A DNA stretch of 53,716 bases, filler included, from Bipalium vagum (Eukaryota), in assembly GCA_037834085.1 (NCBI GenBank). It is 3 parts of 3 records of this genome, joined end to end, with 100 filler letters (N's around TTAATTAATTAA, not from the genome) between each part and the next. Parts side by side here need not be neighbours in the genome. Positions count along the whole stretch, not along the records: positions 17,384 to 36,855 come from JBBMKC010002364.1; positions 36,956 to 53,716 come from JBBMKC010095337.1; 1 more part is not named here. One strand, given 5' to 3'. The notes under the pieces are model-generated. The model saw nothing but the letters and a program-made list of their open reading frames with translations. It did not search any database and was not told the origin of the DNA. A program made the position numbers and the translations under genes. Below are positions 26,719 through 37,419 of the stretch, piece by piece (within the stretch, counting starts at the first letter, position 1; each line of letters starts with the position of its first letter).

Positions 26719-27180
26719 ATATTGGGTCGGCAATTAAACCCGTTCGGTTTTTAAATGAAATGAAATAATTTCTTATTGCCTAAAAAATTTATTAATTTGA
26801 AACAAAATTTTAATGCAGTAGCAATTTTGTATTTCATATGATATATATTAATAAATTATTGTTTAAATAATATCATTATTTAACCAACAATTCAAACTCT
26901 AATATGAAAGATAAAATGGAACATTTCAGACACATTCTTTATATTATTTTAAGTAAGGCAAGTGAACTGCGGATGTTCATTAAAAAAAATTTCCATTTAT
27001 ACAAGAACGATGCTTTAACAGAACTGGTTTGCAAAATTCAGTTCTAGAAATTTTAGCATGGACGATGCGACCCGCTTCGGTCTCTCCAAGGAGATAGAAT
27101 CAGATGATATCAAAGCTATTGTTGATGATAATCCAACCCAGGCGGTTCAGATTATATTCTGAACAATACGTTGATAAATA
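26719..27180 (+). mobile_element. Mariner 5' fragment (TIR + HTH)
   Basis: TIR TATTGGGTCGGCAATTAAACCCGTTCGGTTTTT, then MKDKMEHFRHIL and DDATRFGLSKEIESDDIKAIVDDNP. Confidence 0.8.
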
Positions 27181-27229
27181 AAAATATCCAATGCTTCCTT
27201 TTTAAGAAAAACAATTATTAAAGAGAACA

Positions 27230-28000
27230 CTACCCATAATCTATATTGAATAAAAGTCTAAACCTTAATAATTCCGACTTTCAATAAAATTCCCGTGGAA
27301 TTCTTCATTGCGAGTACTGAAATATTTTTTCCTCAATTTCCACCTCTGCAATCAGATTTTCAGAAGGTTGATTGAAGACTTTTTCTTTAGTCTTTTCCTT
27401 TTTAAACCACTATCGTTCAATATCCTACATAGAGTAGCTGATGATGGATATACGATTTCATCTGAAAAGGTTTACTTAAACATTTATTTGTGGTAAAGAA
27501 TAGTCTTCGGATGTAAAGTAACATATTGTTTTAAACAACGCAACCTCTTATATAATAAAAACAAACGTTACACACTTTAAATCCTTGTGATAAACGAGCA
27601 ACGTTAAGTTTTGGAAAGATATTTAGTTAGTTAATTCCAACTAATTCAAAATTAACATTTCTTTCCCATCCAGGTGTTATATGTAAGTGGAACCCACTTT
27701 CATCAATAGATATTGGATTAGAATCCCTGATATTGCAGATTGAATTACAGTATCGACCCTCGCATCATTGTTTTGATTAGAATTCCTATTTATTGGAATT
27801 TTTGTTATCACTTTCTTCGAATAACAACGTTTGGCTAAAGATAAAATGGATTCGGAAAATTAACAAAAAGATATGATAAAAAGTGACGAGAACTAATATG
27901 ATTTACACGATCCAAGTGGTGTTGCATACTATTGGCTCGAATTCAAAAAAGAAAAGTTGGTTCAATAGCGGAACCGTGCCAGACCGGATGATTTTAATTT
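27230..28000. mobile_element. Two Tc1/IS630-like fragments
   Basis: 27230-27560 (-): YVTLHPKTILY...YPSSATLCRILNDSGLKRKRL (HTH). 27800-28000 (+): DEN*YDLHDPSGVAYYWLEFKKE, resembling Tc3 SDEKKFNLDGPDG..YYW.DLRKE. Confidence 0.5.
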
Positions 28001-28345
28001 TTATTATTACGTATTATGGTTATTACCATTTTGAAGGTTTTCTTGTGAGAATTTAATCCTTTCCATTCCATCATTTTGTTAAGTTCAAAAAATGAGATTT
28101 ATTGAAAATTCTGTCAGATTTGCACCTTTTTCCAAAAATCTGGTGAATAAACGTGACGTCCAAGCTAAGAAATTCTATTTGCCAAAATTTGTTTGATTAT
28201 GAAAAAAATTTTCAGGGTAATATGCTCGAGGATTTATTACTACTGAAGAAGATAGCGGATTATTTAAGGAAATCCAGCATGTCATTTTTATTGGAATCAT
28301 AAAATTTTTGAAATCATCTCTGAATTTATTGAAATAGATGCTAAC

Positions 28346-29031
28346 ATGGCAACCACAACCAGAGAATTTTTAGCTGAATCTCTCAGGCCGGAAATTTTTA
28401 GAAGATCGGACGATATCGAGAAATTCATTATCAAGTGTAAGGACTATTTCAATATGTTAGGTCTCTCAAAGAATGTAAGAGGGCTTGAAGTGATAGGTTT
28501 GATGGAAAACGACCTCAGAAAAAAATATGAGTTGACAGATCCGAAAGCTGATTATGAAGAGCAGCTAAGAAACGTTTTCGGCCGATCAAAATCTAGAGTA
28601 AAGGATCTCAAAGAAGCGTTTGGCTCTAAACGTGGGGAAAAAGATGTCGATGTGTACGTGAAAAGGGTCACTGAATTAGTAGATCGATTAATGCAATATA
28701 CGTGGGACAAAGAGACCCTAAAAAGTGAATTGTTACTGTACTGTTGCATTGATAAAGATATGTGGCAACATCTGCAGATAAAAGAAAAGAAGGACTCAGA
28801 GGAGATTGTAAGTGAAATGAAAAGATTTGACAAAGGCAGAGTAGTACCTGATGAAGTGAATGTTGTCTCTTACAGAGACGCCTTAAAGGTGAACACTAAT
28901 ATAAGAAAGTCAGGACCGCCATACCCAAAACCATATAGTAATAATAATGTCTACAAAAGTGATAATAGGCAGCAACATGTAAGACCACGGCCAGAGACAG
29001 TTTGTTACAGTTGTAACAAAATTGGCACACA
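28346..29031 (+). mobile_element. Gypsy-type gag ORF truncated in its first CCHC knuckle by an LTR insertion
   Basis: MATTTREFLAESLRPEIFRRSDDIEKFI...CYSCNKIG. It is homologous to the gag at 30382-31193. The knuckle is interrupted at 29032 by TGTGTATAC (LTR end). Confidence 0.82.
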
Positions 29032-29795
29032 TGTGTATACTGATTTTCTTTGGACTTTCGAATTCTATATTATTGCCGTGAACATACCAATGTGTTCGGC
29101 GCATATGCCGTTAAAAAGCAATGCATTTTGATATCTACTTGGAGCCACTCAATTAAGCGCTTATTACGGATCCAAGTGTTTATTCTGTACAATGTTTTCA
29201 TAATTGCTAGAGACCACCAAAAGGACACCAGGTGGGATTCCGAATCTTTCCCCGACTTAAGGATCAGTTTGGTTCTAAAGGACTTTCACTGGTCGGGAAT
29301 ACATGATTATGATATTTCCTAAGGGACATAAAATCTGAATTGATTATTTTCCTAGAGTCGATAGAATTTTCCCAGCTTGTTTTTCATCAAGACTGTGACC
29401 AGTCCAGGTTTTACAAAAGTGATGTTGTCAAAACCCCTTAAGTTAGCCGGATGACTACTTTTATCGTCCTCCATCCAAAATACATTTCTCTTTAGGATAA
29501 ACCCACATAGGCACTGATACATATCAGCCTTGGATTTGATTTGATGAACGTTAACCATGTGTTTATCATGAGTAGGGCTCCTTCTTGCCCGGACTTGGTA
29601 TTCCTTAGTGCCTTTTGCGCATCGCAACTTACGTTTTGATATCGCTTTAGCAACAACGCCATTCTCACCTTTCTCGACGAAGAATAACAGTAAAATGTTT
29701 ATTATGGAATAAAAATCACGATCACTAAAAGTTTCAATAAAATGTTTATTTGATCATTAAGTTTCAATAAAATGTTTATTTTGGGATGCTCCACA
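29032..29795 (-). repeat. Putative 764-bp 3' LTR
   Basis: On the - strand it begins TGTGGAGC directly after the purine tract AAAAAAGTGGAGATA (29796-29810) and ends ...GTATACACA. It contains repeated AATAAACATTTTA units. Confidence 0.65.
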
Positions 29796-31193
29796 TATCT
29801 CCACTTTTTTGAAGAATTTTGTCCTCAACAGATGGCATGTAGAACATCATTAGACGTCCATTTGGGGTTTTGCCAATGAAGGCACAAATCTGGATTTCTG
29901 AGCCATAATGGAATACGACGACTTCAGGTAGACTGCCGGACTGGTTGACTTTTTTTTCTTTTTGATAGATTTCCCTTGAAATATGAGCAATAGAGCGTCC
30001 ATATCTCCTCCTTCAATCACAGCTCCCACTTTTTCATCATTCTCCAGATCACTAAAGTCTTTCTTCATGAATTTCCACACTTTTGCCCACTTTTCTTCTT
30101 TGCACCGGGGGCCCCTTTGGGAATCATTGCTGACGACATTTAATATAAGGCTCCTACTAACTCCCCAACTAGCGGAACCCTGTCTTTTGGTTACTGACTT
30201 TGCTCTTCTTCGTATTCGACCAGTCTATCACCGTCAACTTCCTCTTCTAATGCATTTAAATTATTCCTTCTATAAACTTTCTTTGGACGTCTGATCCTCT
30301 GTGCTTGAAAACGTCTACCATCATGAAGGTTCGTATAACGTTCCCTTTCACTATGCCCATTCCTGATGCACCGCCTACACTTTATATTTGGACAATTTCT
30401 CCTAATATGACCCTATCTCTGACATCCGAAGCATACTTGAGGTTTCCTTTTAGGAAAAAAGCCCTGCTAATGTGATCCTGACTCAAACAGGTCCAGCATT
30501 CTATTTGTCTTCTTGCCGTACAGTTACGAGCTAAATGACCCTCCTTATTACACCCATAACATTTAATATTTTCTCTTGCTATTTGTCTTCCTTTAAATGA
30601 GGGTGTTCTGGTGTCATGATTTTGTGTTACCTTCCTTGTAACAACATCTCTGTAACTCCTTACTGCATTCACCGACTTTTTCTGTTCTTTTTCTTTGATG
30701 TCGGTCATCAATCTCATCAAATCTTTAATTTCGCTGTCTTTCTCCAGCTTTCGCATTCTAATTTCTCGTGGGACCTTCTCATCTCCAATGCATTGTACCA
30801 AGAACAGTGCCTCAAGCTTTTCAACTGTCAGATCATGTGACAGTGCTTTCTTTACCAATGATCTTACCTTCCTAAAAAATCCTTCAATGTCCTCACTGCC
30901 TCTTCTACAAATTATTAATTCTTCCCAGTCGTCAACGACATTTTTTTCTTTCTCGAACAATAGACGGACTCTAGCTTCAAATCCGCTTGCCTTCTCAGAT
31001 CTTTCCTCGTAGGCCTCCCATAGATCTTTATGTAACAACGCATTAATCGCTGTTTCTCTTTTCTTTATTGGGGTCTCCTTAATGTCAAAGTATCTTGACA
31101 TCTTTTTATAAAACACCCCATGTCGTCTCCTTTTCTTAGTACACCAGGAGCTATTCTATCTGCGATCGAGTCCGATAGTGTTGATGCCGCCAA
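29032..31193 (-). mobile_element. Gag-only (pol-less) LTR retroelement
   Basis: Frameshifted gag 31193 to about 30330 (LAASTLSDSIADRIAPGVLRKGDDM.../...CYGCNKEGHLARNC, CWTCLSQDHISR and two more knuckles), followed about 550 bp later by PPT and LTR. No RT, RNase H or integrase between them. Confidence 0.75.
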
Positions 31194-31477
31194 GTTATAT
31201 TCTTGAGTACTCATTTGTAAAAAATAATTCAAAGTCAAAGCAATAATAATATATTTCATTAAATCCGATTAACCAAACGCCTTTTATTAAAATTAAATTA
31301 TTTACTTTTTTAAAATTAACCAACATTTATTTTAAATATTTTTTTTTAATTTTAAAAAACGTAACATTATAAATTTTTTAAAAAATTTAAATTAAAAACA
31401 TTTAGTAATTGTTAATTTAGGCCTAAGGTCCTTATTTAAAAAATTCAAGCAAGACAATTGTTCGAATCACTCCTTAT

Positions 31478-31770
31478 ATCCCCCACTCAAGAAGTTTTTA
31501 AACTTCTCAACGTTCCTCTCCAGAATTCTTACATCTGCGTGTTCTATCAAATACAGTCTTCTATGAATCTTTCTTTGATTCGATATGGACCTTCATATCT
31601 ATGCTGACCCTTGTTCCTGAAGGCAACATGTTTTTTAATAAAACATTCTCATTTCCGTCTGACAGAGTGATTGTTATGAGTTCATCAGTTTTAACTACAT
31701 TCTTTTTGTCCATCTGTAAGTGTTCGACTGTCATCGGCTCGTCTTTCCATCATTCTTCTGCTTGGCAGGG
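31478..31770 (-). mobile_element. Gypsy integrase C-terminal (GPY/F) fragment with PPT
   Basis: RYEGPYRIKE, then frameshifted YLIEHADVRILERNVEKFKNF and purine tract GAGTGGGGGA (about 31479-31488). Confidence 0.7.
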
Positions 31771-31911
31771 TGTGTTGTGGAAATATAAAAATATAGACAA
31801 AAATTACTTAGTTTTACCCTTCATCGGCTGCGCAGGTCTTCTTCCTCCAAATCAACATACATACACACATACAACAAACCAACTTAACCAAACACTTTTC
31901 CTTATCTGAGT

Positions 31912-32200
31912 CTAGAGGTTGTAGAGGTAGATATGATATGACTGCGTGATAACAGACGCAATCATATCGGTTGATAACCTATGAATGTCTATCTCCTTGA
32001 AGCCAAGTCGACGGTGTACGTTATCATTCTCTGGATCCCAGGAGCCGATGCACCCGAGATTAATCGTCCAGATATCGATTTTGTTGCGGGTTGCAAGCGC
32101 CATTTGTTGAGTGAAGTCCATATATTTCTTCTGTTTTATCTTTATACCTTCAGAAAAGTTCGAGCATTCGTCATATGGCACTTTTAGGTCGATATCTGGC
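31912..32200 (-). mobile_element. Restriction-like endonuclease C-terminus of an R2/NeSL/Utopia-type non-LTR retrotransposon
   Basis: DLKVPYD...KQKKY...INLGCIGSWDPENDNVHRRLGF...VITQSYHIY matches the RLE signature D.K.PFE / K..KY / IVGALGSWDP.ND..L..LG / S..IY. Confidence 0.82.
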
Positions 32201-32249
32201 AAATATTCATATATATATTCATATACATTCATATATATATATATTCATA

Positions 32250-33170
32250 TTTCTGCATAAAACGTAATAATTTTTACATAGTAATAAATTGCATTTTCTA
32301 TCATCTATTAAAGATTTTACATAAAAATGTACAAAATGGATGGGTATTATATTTTGATTATCATTTACTTCACATAACACATTAGCAAAATATTATTTAG
32401 TTTATTAAATTTTTAAATATCTTGAATTTTCATTGGAAAATTAATATCTCGGATATTTAATTCATTTATAATGGGAATAATAATCTTTCTAAATCGTCTT
32501 CTGCAGGATAAAGATAACCTATAATTGAATATAAAAAACACTAATCATCATTATTTTCAATACTTACAATATAAGAAAATTTAAATGGTAATTTTATATA
32601 AGAAGACCCAAGTAATGATCGATTATTAAAAAAATTTAATTGTAATAAATTTATAAATTTCCATCCAGATCCATGTAATTCTTTTTCTTCAAAAAAGGTT
32701 TTTAATTGCTCCAAATTAAATATTATCGAATTTTGAATTTCATTTTTATCTATTATTCTAGTTGGTTGAGAATAAAAATTATACGTTATTTCTTCATTAA
32801 TTATTGGAATAAAATAATCACATTCGATTGTTATTTTATATCCAATACTTTTTGTTGATGTTCAAAATATTTCATTAATTTTTAAAATAATTTTTATTTA
32901 CTTTTTAAAAATGTTGTTTACTATAACTTTATCTTTTATACATATTTTTAATTTTAGAATTTAGATTGTTTGATATGAATTCAATTACAACTTCTTTTGG
33001 TAATTCATTAAATATTATTATTATTCAATGAGTTATCTTTATGAAGTATAGATTTATTATGAGAAATTAAAGTTGTTTTAGTTTTGAAATGTTTACAACA
33101 TAACTCCCAATACAATACTATAATTTTTGATTTGCTTTTCTCGGCTTTGTTTAATTTTCATGTCATGTTT
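32250..33170 (-). pseudogene. Second Polinton pPolB fragment (N-terminal region with C2H2-like finger)
   Basis: ELCCKHFKTKTTLISHNKSILH; EEKELHGSGWKFINLLQLNFFNNRSLLGSSYIKLPF; IENNDD*CFLYSIIGYLYP; LNIRDINFPMKIQDI*KF. These match the GSGW / GSSYI.LP / N.D..CF.W / I.FP....I.KF blocks of Polinton pPolB. Confidence 0.82.
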
Positions 33171-33219
33171 TTTATATATTTATCTTTCAATATATATTGA
33201 TTCAATAAATGAGAACTGA

Positions 33220-33393
33220 TAATATGATAAGTAGTGGGAAAAACACTGATGAAACTCAAGACCTAAGATTTCAAATAAATATTAAATTTAACAGTTCCAA
33301 AGCGTGGTATTTTTATAAATTTAATAAATATGTGGAACTATTCTTGGGTCTTGGGTTTTCTTATTGTTTTTACCACTAATCTTATCTTTATTA
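33220..33393. repeat. Imperfect foldback / MITE-like inverted repeat
   Basis: GATAAGTAGTGGGAAAAACACTGATGAAACTCAAGACCTAAGA versus the reverse complement of the right arm, GATAAGATTAGTGGTAAAAACAATAAGAAAACCCAAGACCCAAGA. Inner AGTTCCA/TGGAACT also pair. Confidence 0.7.
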
Positions 33394-34079
33394 AATGTTA
33401 ATAATATCAGGCGGAAAATGTTGAGTATAGTGTTTGTTAGTTGGCACTTCCCTCGTCATTTATAGAATTATAATTTAAATAAGTAAATTAAACAAAAATA
33501 TAAAACATTGTTACTTAGTAACACTTTACGGTGAATATTATTTAATACTGATACCCTTTTGGTTTTAATAACATTTCAAAATTTATTTCTTAAGAAAGCC
33601 GATGGAAAACATATTAGCTTTGTTCCATTTTAAATGTAGACCTTAGAAAAAATAAAATACATAGCAGTGGAATATTCATCACTCGGGAATCGTGAAATAA
33701 GCCATGATAAAAGTTTAAATTTCAAAAGCGAAAGGTGTATTGTTATAATAATTGCTCTAGGAGCGGTTACATCTATTGTTTATATAAAAGGAAAAACCTT
33801 TTAACAGATGTTAAAATAATATTTCTTCCTCCGTATGTTTCATACTTCACTGACATGAGACTTGTCTTTAGAAAAAACTTCCAATTTAAAATTTGTGTAG
33901 TGCCCCTAAGACAATTTAATTAGGTATATAAATAAAATGAACTTTTACATGAAACTCAAATTTTATTTATTGTACTTAAATAAACGAAACGCGTTAAATA
34001 AAACATTAAAACCATAAACACAAAAAATGAACATGTCTAATAGAAACAAGGGTCCTTTAATGTGATTTTACTTTGACAT

Positions 34080-35057
34080 TTACTGAAAATGGTTGAAGAA
34101 CATTCCTCCACCATGATCAAACAGATGACATTCGTCTTCCTTCTGGATAGAGAACGACAAACATCTCGAGACCTCCAGGCAGGAAATGCCGCATTCAATC
34201 AGTGACTTTCCTTTATCAATATCAAAACTCTCAACATTTCCAACGAAATCAACGGGTCCATGTTTATTGGAATCTGAAAAGATGATATTAATCTAATTTC
34301 GTTCTGGTCTCAAAGACTTACAAAAGGCAGAATTCTTCTTTTCCAAAGCATGACCGTATACTTCAAACTCACAAATCTGAATTGCATCGTCTTCAAATTT
34401 TTTTGTTACGGCAATCGTTCTGGACACCTTAAAATAAGAAAAAATAACAAGTCATCATTGGAGAATAAATAAACTAGTCTTGAAAAGAAAAACTCAAGCG
34501 GCTGATAAGGATTTTTAGGTGGACCCTGATAATAACGAATTCTGTAGAACCTTTTTGAAGATTTATTGAAATCGAGTTCTTTGTCGTAGCTGGCATGGAG
34601 TGTCAAATTGCTGCTTCTCCATGCTAAAATGTTTATCAATGTTAAACAAAAGTGAAAGTATACCGCAGCAGTCCGTCCTTCCATATATTCTGATTTTACT
34701 TATGGAGGAAATGACGTCCAGAACCACCAACTACCATTTTACACTGTTAGAAAAGTAACTGTGATAGCACGATTCTAAAAATAAGAAATGCGTTTGATAA
34801 ATAAATAAAAAGTATTTATTTAGTGTTAAAAGGACTTTGAGACATATGTCCGTTAACATTTCCGTCCACAGCAATAGAATGTGTAAGGTAACGAACAATG
34901 TGACAAGCAGAGGCATTTGTAGTTTTATTCGTAGAAATAACCGTGTCTGTTAAAATCGAAAATATATAAATTTTCATCTTCTGAAATAAATTGTCCAAAG
35001 AGTACCCGATGATCCGAGACCGTATCCTACGAGCAGTGATAAAACGAATAATTTCAT
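34080..35057 (-). pseudogene. F-type lectin + PAN gene, copy 2, with premature stop
   Basis: Same six-exon structure as copy 1 (ATG 35057, stop 34080-34082), with all splice sites retained. The conserved TGG TGG (WW) in exon 3 is TGG TAG (34731-34733). Confidence 0.88.
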
Positions 35058-35502
35058 TTCCGAACCGCTTTCATTTTTATTTAACTTAAATCTTTACCGT
35101 GACCAATTCTTCAAATAACAAAAATGATAATGTCCCACAGAGCTGAGAATAAATAAAAAAAATGTTCTCATTTTATTGGCCAGAAAATTAAAAAAATAAA
35201 TATGTTTACTTGATATTTTATAACTAAATCAGAACATGGTGATTGTAAACGCACCACTTATTGTATGGATTAAAGTAATATTGAAGACACGATTTGTTTT
35301 TATCCTTTGTCAATTTGCAGCCAAATTAAGTTCGAAATGTCGGAGTTGGCAATCCAAAGTTCGTCATTTGATGTTTTAAATAATTCAACTCGAAAGTTAT
35401 TCGTCTTGTTTTACTGCGTAAATTACGAAATTACTTTTTACGGTGCATATTTAAATATCTGATTACAATATAAATTGACATTCCTAGAGCCACTTTCTAA
35501 AC

Positions 35503-36240
35503 AATGGATATTTCCAAAATTTGTTTCATTCTTGAATACGATTACCGTTGTGGAAGTAATGAAAGGCAAGCGGTTCGAAATACGAGTAAAGTATTTGGTA
35601 TCAAGATCATCAATGAACGAATGGTGCAGCGATGGTTTTGGACATTACGTAGGAAAAATTTCTGTCTTCAAAATATGCCACGTGGTTGACCTGAGACGAA
35701 GGTGAATCAAGCTGACCTGAAAGTTGTAGTGGAGAAGGATCCTTTTCAAAGTACTCAAAAGTTAGCGTTTAAATTCAATATCTCCATCTCTACAATAACT
35801 AATCATTCAAACCAAATTACCAAAGCTAAAAATCTTGACCAATGGTAATTCGTGAATTACGCGAATACCAGAAAACAAAGCTTTTTCAAGCTTCTCTTTC
35901 TTTGTTATTACGACAGAAAGGCAAACCATTTCTTCAACGTATTCTAACATCTGACGAAAATTGAATTATATGCAATAATCGCATGCAATTATCTAAATGG
36001 TTGGATAAAGATGAAGAGATCAAACTTTATCAAAAGCCGAACGTTCTCAAAAATATGGTATCCACCTGGTCGTTCAGTGCGGGTATTATCCGCTATACCT
36101 TTTAAAACCAGAAAATTCTATTACAACAGAAACATACAGCACCGAATTAAGGAATATGATGATGTTGCTGGCTATTAAGAGATTGGTCGATCGAGAACAA
36201 GTAATTTTCTTGCAAGACAACGCTCGACCACGAAGACAAA
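35503..36240 (+). mobile_element. Decayed mariner
   Basis: MDISKICFILEYDYRCGSNERQAVRN..ERMVQRWF, PFLQRILTSDEN, WSFSAGIIRY and IFLQDNARP. Confidence 0.88.
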
Positions 36241-36289
36241 ACTAATAACTATATTAGAATAAAAATTGGTACATAAGTAAATGAATGTA

Positions 36290-36620
36290 TCAAGTTATTA
36301 TTCGATGTGATCACCATTATTGGTCACAACCGCCTAGAGCTGGCCTCAGAATGTGTTGCATGCTCGCTTGGCTTCATCCCTGTCCAATTTCGTATTTACC
36401 TGTATAAGTCCATCCTGTACAGACTTAATTGTGTTTGAATTTAATGTGGTTTTGAGTTTGTGATTAAACTTGTGACTCAACCTTGCAATCCGGACTGGAG
36501 GGAGGCCATAAATCAGATGACCAATGGTAGGGCAGATTTTTGTAAAGCCATGCTTGTGTTTTTCTTGCATTATGAGCACGAGCCGAGTCTTGTTGGAAGA
36601 CATACGATGTATCACCGGAT
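36290..36620 (-). mobile_element. maT/DD37D-like transposase C-terminal fragment
   Basis: QQDSARAHNA-like motif and KLDRDEAKRACNTF*GQL*AVVTNNGDHIE*. Confidence 0.72.
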
Positions 36621-36855
36621 AGATATAAATATTTTGGGTTTATAATTTAAAATTGGTAACAGTAAAGTTACTAAAAATAGAAAATGGTATTAAATAGTAA
36701 TAATAAAGCTTATTTTAGGAAAACAAAATATATTAAATTATATTAAAAAATAAAACAATAGAAAAAATCTTAATCTTTTGAACAATATAAATTTATTTTT
36801 CGAATATACGCCTTTTATTAAATGAATACAAAATTTATTCAAATATATATTTTCA

Positions 36856-36955
36856 NNNNNNNNNNNNNNNNNNNNNNNNNNNNNNNNNNNNNNNNNNNNT
36901 TAATTAATTAANNNNNNNNNNNNNNNNNNNNNNNNNNNNNNNNNNNNNNNNNNNN
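36856..36955. other. Scaffold gap with artificial TTAATTAATTAA linker
   Basis: 44 N + linker (36900-36911) + 44 N. Confidence 0.97.

Positions 36956-37023
<68 letters not shown>
36956..37023. repeat. (ATT)n microsatellite at contig start
   Basis: Perfect TTA repeats directly after the gap. Confidence 0.98.
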
Positions 37024-37027
<4 letters not shown>

Positions 37028-37419
37028 AATTAAGTATTCTAATTAAAAATATATAAAATTATCAAAATTATTATATTCAGATTCCCTTATTTTACTCTCA
37101 AATTTTGAATTATTAAAATTTATATAAAGATAAATATCAATATTAGAATTATTATAATTATTATAATTAATGATATTATTATATTATCATTATTATGTAT
37201 CATATTTATTAAATAATAAACTCTTATATAATATTTTTATCTGTCATATATTTGCTTAAAGAGTATTCGAAATACATATTTTAAAATTGATATTAAGCTT
37301 TGTATTTCTATAAAATCCATTTAATCGTCATTTGTTTAACTAAGCTAATTTATCGATAATATGGGAAATTAAATTTTAGAATTTACTTTAAAATACGACA
37401 GAAGAGAGCAGCTGTTTCT

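Noticed and set aside
29690-29780. Repeated AATAAAATGTTTATT units as a CRISPR-like array
   Set aside because: Only three short AT-rich imperfect units within a putative LTR of eukaryotic DNA, with no regular spacers or cas genes.
31173-31193. TGGCGGCATC as a tRNA primer-binding site
   Set aside because: It aligns with the ATG GCA start of the homologous gag at 28346, so it is more simply a mutated gag start. No LTR is adjacent.
34290-34296. Second in-frame TAG in lectin copy 2
   Set aside because: It lies inside the 48-nt GTAAGT...CAG intron 5, so it is not a coding lesion.
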